Shown here piece after piece: positions 61,794 through 64,000 of a stretch of DNA of 64,000 bases (the first letter of the stretch is position 1; each line of letters starts with the position of its first letter). Both the position numbers and the translations under genes were made by a program. Under the pieces are notes generated by a model. That model was not told where the DNA came from. It saw nothing but the letters and a program-made list of their open reading frames with translations, and ran no database searches. The DNA lies in NCBI GenBank assembly GCA_029881725.1, contig JAOUMB010000010.1:1539-65538 (forward strand), written 5' to 3'. The stretch comes from Nitrospirota bacterium (GTDB lineage: Bacteria; Nitrospirota; JACRHL01).

Positions 61794-64000
61794 CTACTGC
61801 CCCACCGGATTAAGGGTTACAAACACATCGAGCACCGCGTTCAGGTCGCCGGACACCAGGTTGTCCGCGAGGGACTCGAACACCGCGTATCGTCCATCGC
61901 CGCTGAGTGCCGAGCGCATACTGGAGGCGTTGCCCTCCAGTCCGTCAAAGTTGACGGACAGCCGGGCGATCTCACCGGTCAGCATGTCTTTCACGAAGGC
62001 ATCCGGCGCGGCGTTGGTGTCTCCCGCCACCAGGTTGGTGGCATCCGACCAGAACACCACGAAGCGGCCGTTGCTGGAAATCACCGGGTTGTAGCTGGCA
62101 CCGTTGCCCTCCACTCCCGCGGCGCTTTCGGAAGCGCGCGCCACCTGGCCGGTAAACAGGTTTTTCACGAAGATGTCCGTCTCCACATTGGTATCGGACG
62201 GCACCAGGTTGCTGGCCAGCGAGGCAAACGCCACGATCGTGCCGTCCGCGTTCAGGGACGCCGAACCGCTGCCGTTGTTGCCTCCCGCGCCCGCGGCGTT
62301 CTCGGAGGCGCGGAACATCTGCCCGGTGGACAGGTCGGCCACCAGCACGTCGGCAATCAGGTTGCCGTCCATCAGGTCCAGGTTGCCGGCAGTGGTCTCG
62401 AACGCCACCCGGGTACCGTCGGCACTGAGCGACGGTTTGTCGCTGTCGCCGTTACCCTCCACACCGGAGCCCCCTTCCTGGGTGATGCGCACCAGACCAT
62501 TGGTGACCAGATCCTTCACGAACACGTCCCTGCGGCCGTTCTCGTCGCCCGGCACCAGGTTGTTGGCCAGCGAGGCGAAGGCCACGGTTCGGCCAGCCGC
62601 GCTGATCACCGGGGAGAAGCTGTGGTAATTGGCCTCGACGCCGGAACCCGTGGCCGACACCCGCATGATCGAGCCGGACACGGTGTCCTTGACGAACACG
62701 TCGGCATACCCGTTGGTGTCTCCCGCCACCAGGCTGTCCTGATAGGAGATGAAGGCCACATAGCGCCCCGATCCGCTGATGGAGGGGAACTGGCTGCCCA
62801 GCACGTGGTTGGTTCCACCCACCGCCGGGTCCTCCACGGACACGCGGGTGATCACGCCGGACAGGCGGTCCTTGACATAGACGTCGTAGGTTCCGTTGCC
62901 GTCACCCGGGTCCAGGTTGGTGGCCGTCGTATGGAAGGCCACAAAACGCCCGTCGCTGCTGGCCGACACCGCGAAACTGCGGGCATTGGCCTGCACTTCC
63001 AGGCTGTCGGTGCTGACCGGTTCATAATCGACGCCGTACAGGGTCGGCCGGAAGATGATGCCACCCTGATCGTACAGGGCCACATCGGCCATCAGGTCGC
63101 CGGAGGAAGGTGCGGCGCTGGTGTGGAACACAGTGCCGTTCTTCTTGTAGACCACGGTATTGCCCACCCGCTCCACCCGCAGCACGTCATCGGTGCGGTA
63201 GGCGCCGAAGCGTCCCTGGGAAATGCCGCTCTCCAGCACCTCCAGGTTGCCGTCACCACGCAGCCAGATGGCAAAGTCGATGGTGTCGTAGTTGGCGGAC
63301 CCGTTCACGTTGGACAGACCGGCGAAGCGCCACCGGGCGGTGGTGTCGGCGGTGAACTCAAAGGCGCCGTCGCGCGGGATCACCTGCAGCGAAGCCGCGC
63401 CGCCGTTGCCATAGGCACTGGCCGCGGTCTTGGTGAGCACGCCGAACGGCTCGCCGACTCCGACCAGATCCGTCCACGCCACCGGCACCCCACGGGGCAC
63501 CGAGGCCAGGGTGGTGAAGCTGCCTCCCGGCATCACGGTGACGTTGAACGCCGCGTCCCGGCTCTTGGCGTCGAACTGATAGGTGGAGGTGGGCTGAAGC
63601 CCCTTGATCACCACCGAATGGGTGGTGGACAGGTTGGTGTTTTCCGGGGTGCTGGCTTCAGCGGTGGACGCAATGCCGTACAGCACCTGAGAGGTGGCCG
63701 GCTCGTTGGTCTGCCACTCGATGATGGCGCTGCCGACCCCCACGTGGCGGATGATCACATCGGTGAACACCGGCGGCACGGTATCGGCACCGGCGCCGTA
63801 GATCAGCGCGTTGACGATCTCGCCGCCCTGGTCGTACAGGGCCACGTCAACCACCAGGCTGCCGTTGGAGGGGACCGTGCTGGTGTAGAACGGCACGCCG
63901 TTCTTCAGATAGGTGATGACCGTGCCGCTGCGCTGCACGCGCAGGGCGTCGCCGATCTGGTAATAGCCGAAGGAGCCCTTGCTCACACCGCCCTCAAACA
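61794..64000 (-). CDS. Secreted protein with an FN3/purple-acid-phosphatase-N-like domain and about 8 PD40 (TolB-like WD40-like beta-propeller) repeats. The C-terminal 730 aa are in the window and the N-terminus lies beyond the window end.
   Basis: Repeats of the form DGR(Y/F)VAF.S.A.NLV.GDTN...DVFVKD (for example SGSGRYVAFISYQDSLVAGDTNGYADVFVKD). FN3-like PPVFTDVIIRHVGVGSAIIEWQTNEPATSQVLYG. The frame stays open through the last window base (codons ...FEGGVSKGSF...). Confidence 0.7.
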   Translation of the reverse strand, partial: FEGGVSKGSFGYYQIGDALRVQRSGTVITYLKNGVPFYTSTVPSNGSLVVDVALYDQGGEIVNALIYGAGADTVPPVFTDVIIRHVGVGSAIIEWQTNEPATSQVLYGIASTAEASTPENTNLSTTHSVVIKGLQPTSTYQFDAKSRDAAFNVTVMPGGSFTTLASVPRGVPVAWTDLVGVGEPFGVLTKTAASAYGNGGAASLQVIPRDGAFEFTADTTARWRFAGLSNVNGSANYDTIDFAIWLRGDGNLEVLESGISQGRFGAYRTDDVLRVERVGNTVVYKKNGTVFHTSAAPSSGDLMADVALYDQGGIIFRPTLYGVDYEPVSTDSLEVQANARSFAVSASSDGRFVAFHTTATNLDPGDGNGTYDVYVKDRLSGVITRVSVEDPAVGGTNHVLGSQFPSISGSGRYVAFISYQDSLVAGDTNGYADVFVKDTVSGSIMRVSATGSGVEANYHSFSPVISAAGRTVAFASLANNLVPGDENGRRDVFVKDLVTNGLVRITQEGGSGVEGNGDSDKPSLSADGTRVAFETTAGNLDLMDGNLIADVLVADLSTGQMFRASENAAGAGGNNGSGSASLNADGTIVAFASLASNLVPSDTNVETDIFVKNLFTGQVARASESAAGVEGNGASYNPVISSNGRFVVFWSDATNLVAGDTNAAPDAFVKDMLTGEIARLSVNFDGLEGNASSMRSALSGDGRYAVFESLADNLVSGDLNAVLDVFVTLNPVGQ

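Noticed and set aside
56059-62094. 2011-aa ORF on the + strand.
   Set aside because: Antisense to the giant dockerin protein. The minus-strand frame carries PKD, beta-helix and dockerin motifs and a signal peptide, while the + frame is low-complexity.

Overview
This is a GC-rich (about 67-70% GC) chromosomal region of a Gram-negative bacterium, probably a proteobacterium. It holds about 40 protein-coding genes. I found no rRNA, tRNA, CRISPR array, transposase or integrase. Most of the very long ORFs in the six-frame track are antisense shadows of real genes, a typical artefact in high-GC DNA, and I rejected them by checking for domain motifs on the opposite strand.

Gene content from left to right:
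- A cytoplasmic trypsin-like protease that runs off the window start, followed by mtgA.
- A roughly 100-bp, 4-copy tandem repeat array, then a convergent pair formed by a Ca2+/cation antiporter and a P2-type ATPase.
- A minus-strand housekeeping block: beta-CASP MBL-fold hydrolase, LOG-family protein, OmpA-family lipoprotein.
- SLC13 permease, MDR-family oxidoreductase, a glycine-rich RRM RNA-binding protein, a TVP38/DedA membrane protein, rlmL, and a YdhR-like protein.
- A 1.2-kb repeat-containing low-GC noncoding island.
- A minus-strand M15 peptidase, pbpC, a lipoprotein alpha-2-macroglobulin (thioester CWEQ) and a zinc-ribbon protein.
- Directly upstream, and possibly co-oriented with that block, a tightly spaced operon encoding an FRD-like di-haem-b-type membrane protein, a roughly 21-haem c7-polymer cytochrome, a roughly 22-haem paired-CXXCH cytochrome, an EAPG-repeat secreted protein, and a large outer-membrane beta-barrel carrying three SPOR repeats and a TPR region.
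- Divergent from that operon, a + strand operon: membrane-anchored ferredoxin-FAD oxidoreductase, Sel1/ankyrin-repeat secreted protein, a lipoprotein, and a TMTC-like TPR membrane protein.
- After a bidirectional terminator, a minus-strand surface-protein locus: two cupredoxin/multicopper-oxidase-family proteins, a collagen-like protein with about 200 GXY triplets, three small lipoproteins, an S8 subtilase with a C-terminal type-I dockerin, a roughly 2420-aa protein with a copper-ligand-free cupredoxin domain, beta-helix, PKD domains and a C-terminal dockerin, and a PD40/FN3 repeat protein that runs off the window end.

The two most interesting candidates are the multihaem-cytochrome/beta-barrel operon, which may be a trans-envelope electron conduit, and the dockerin-bearing surface locus with its paralogous cupredoxin domains.
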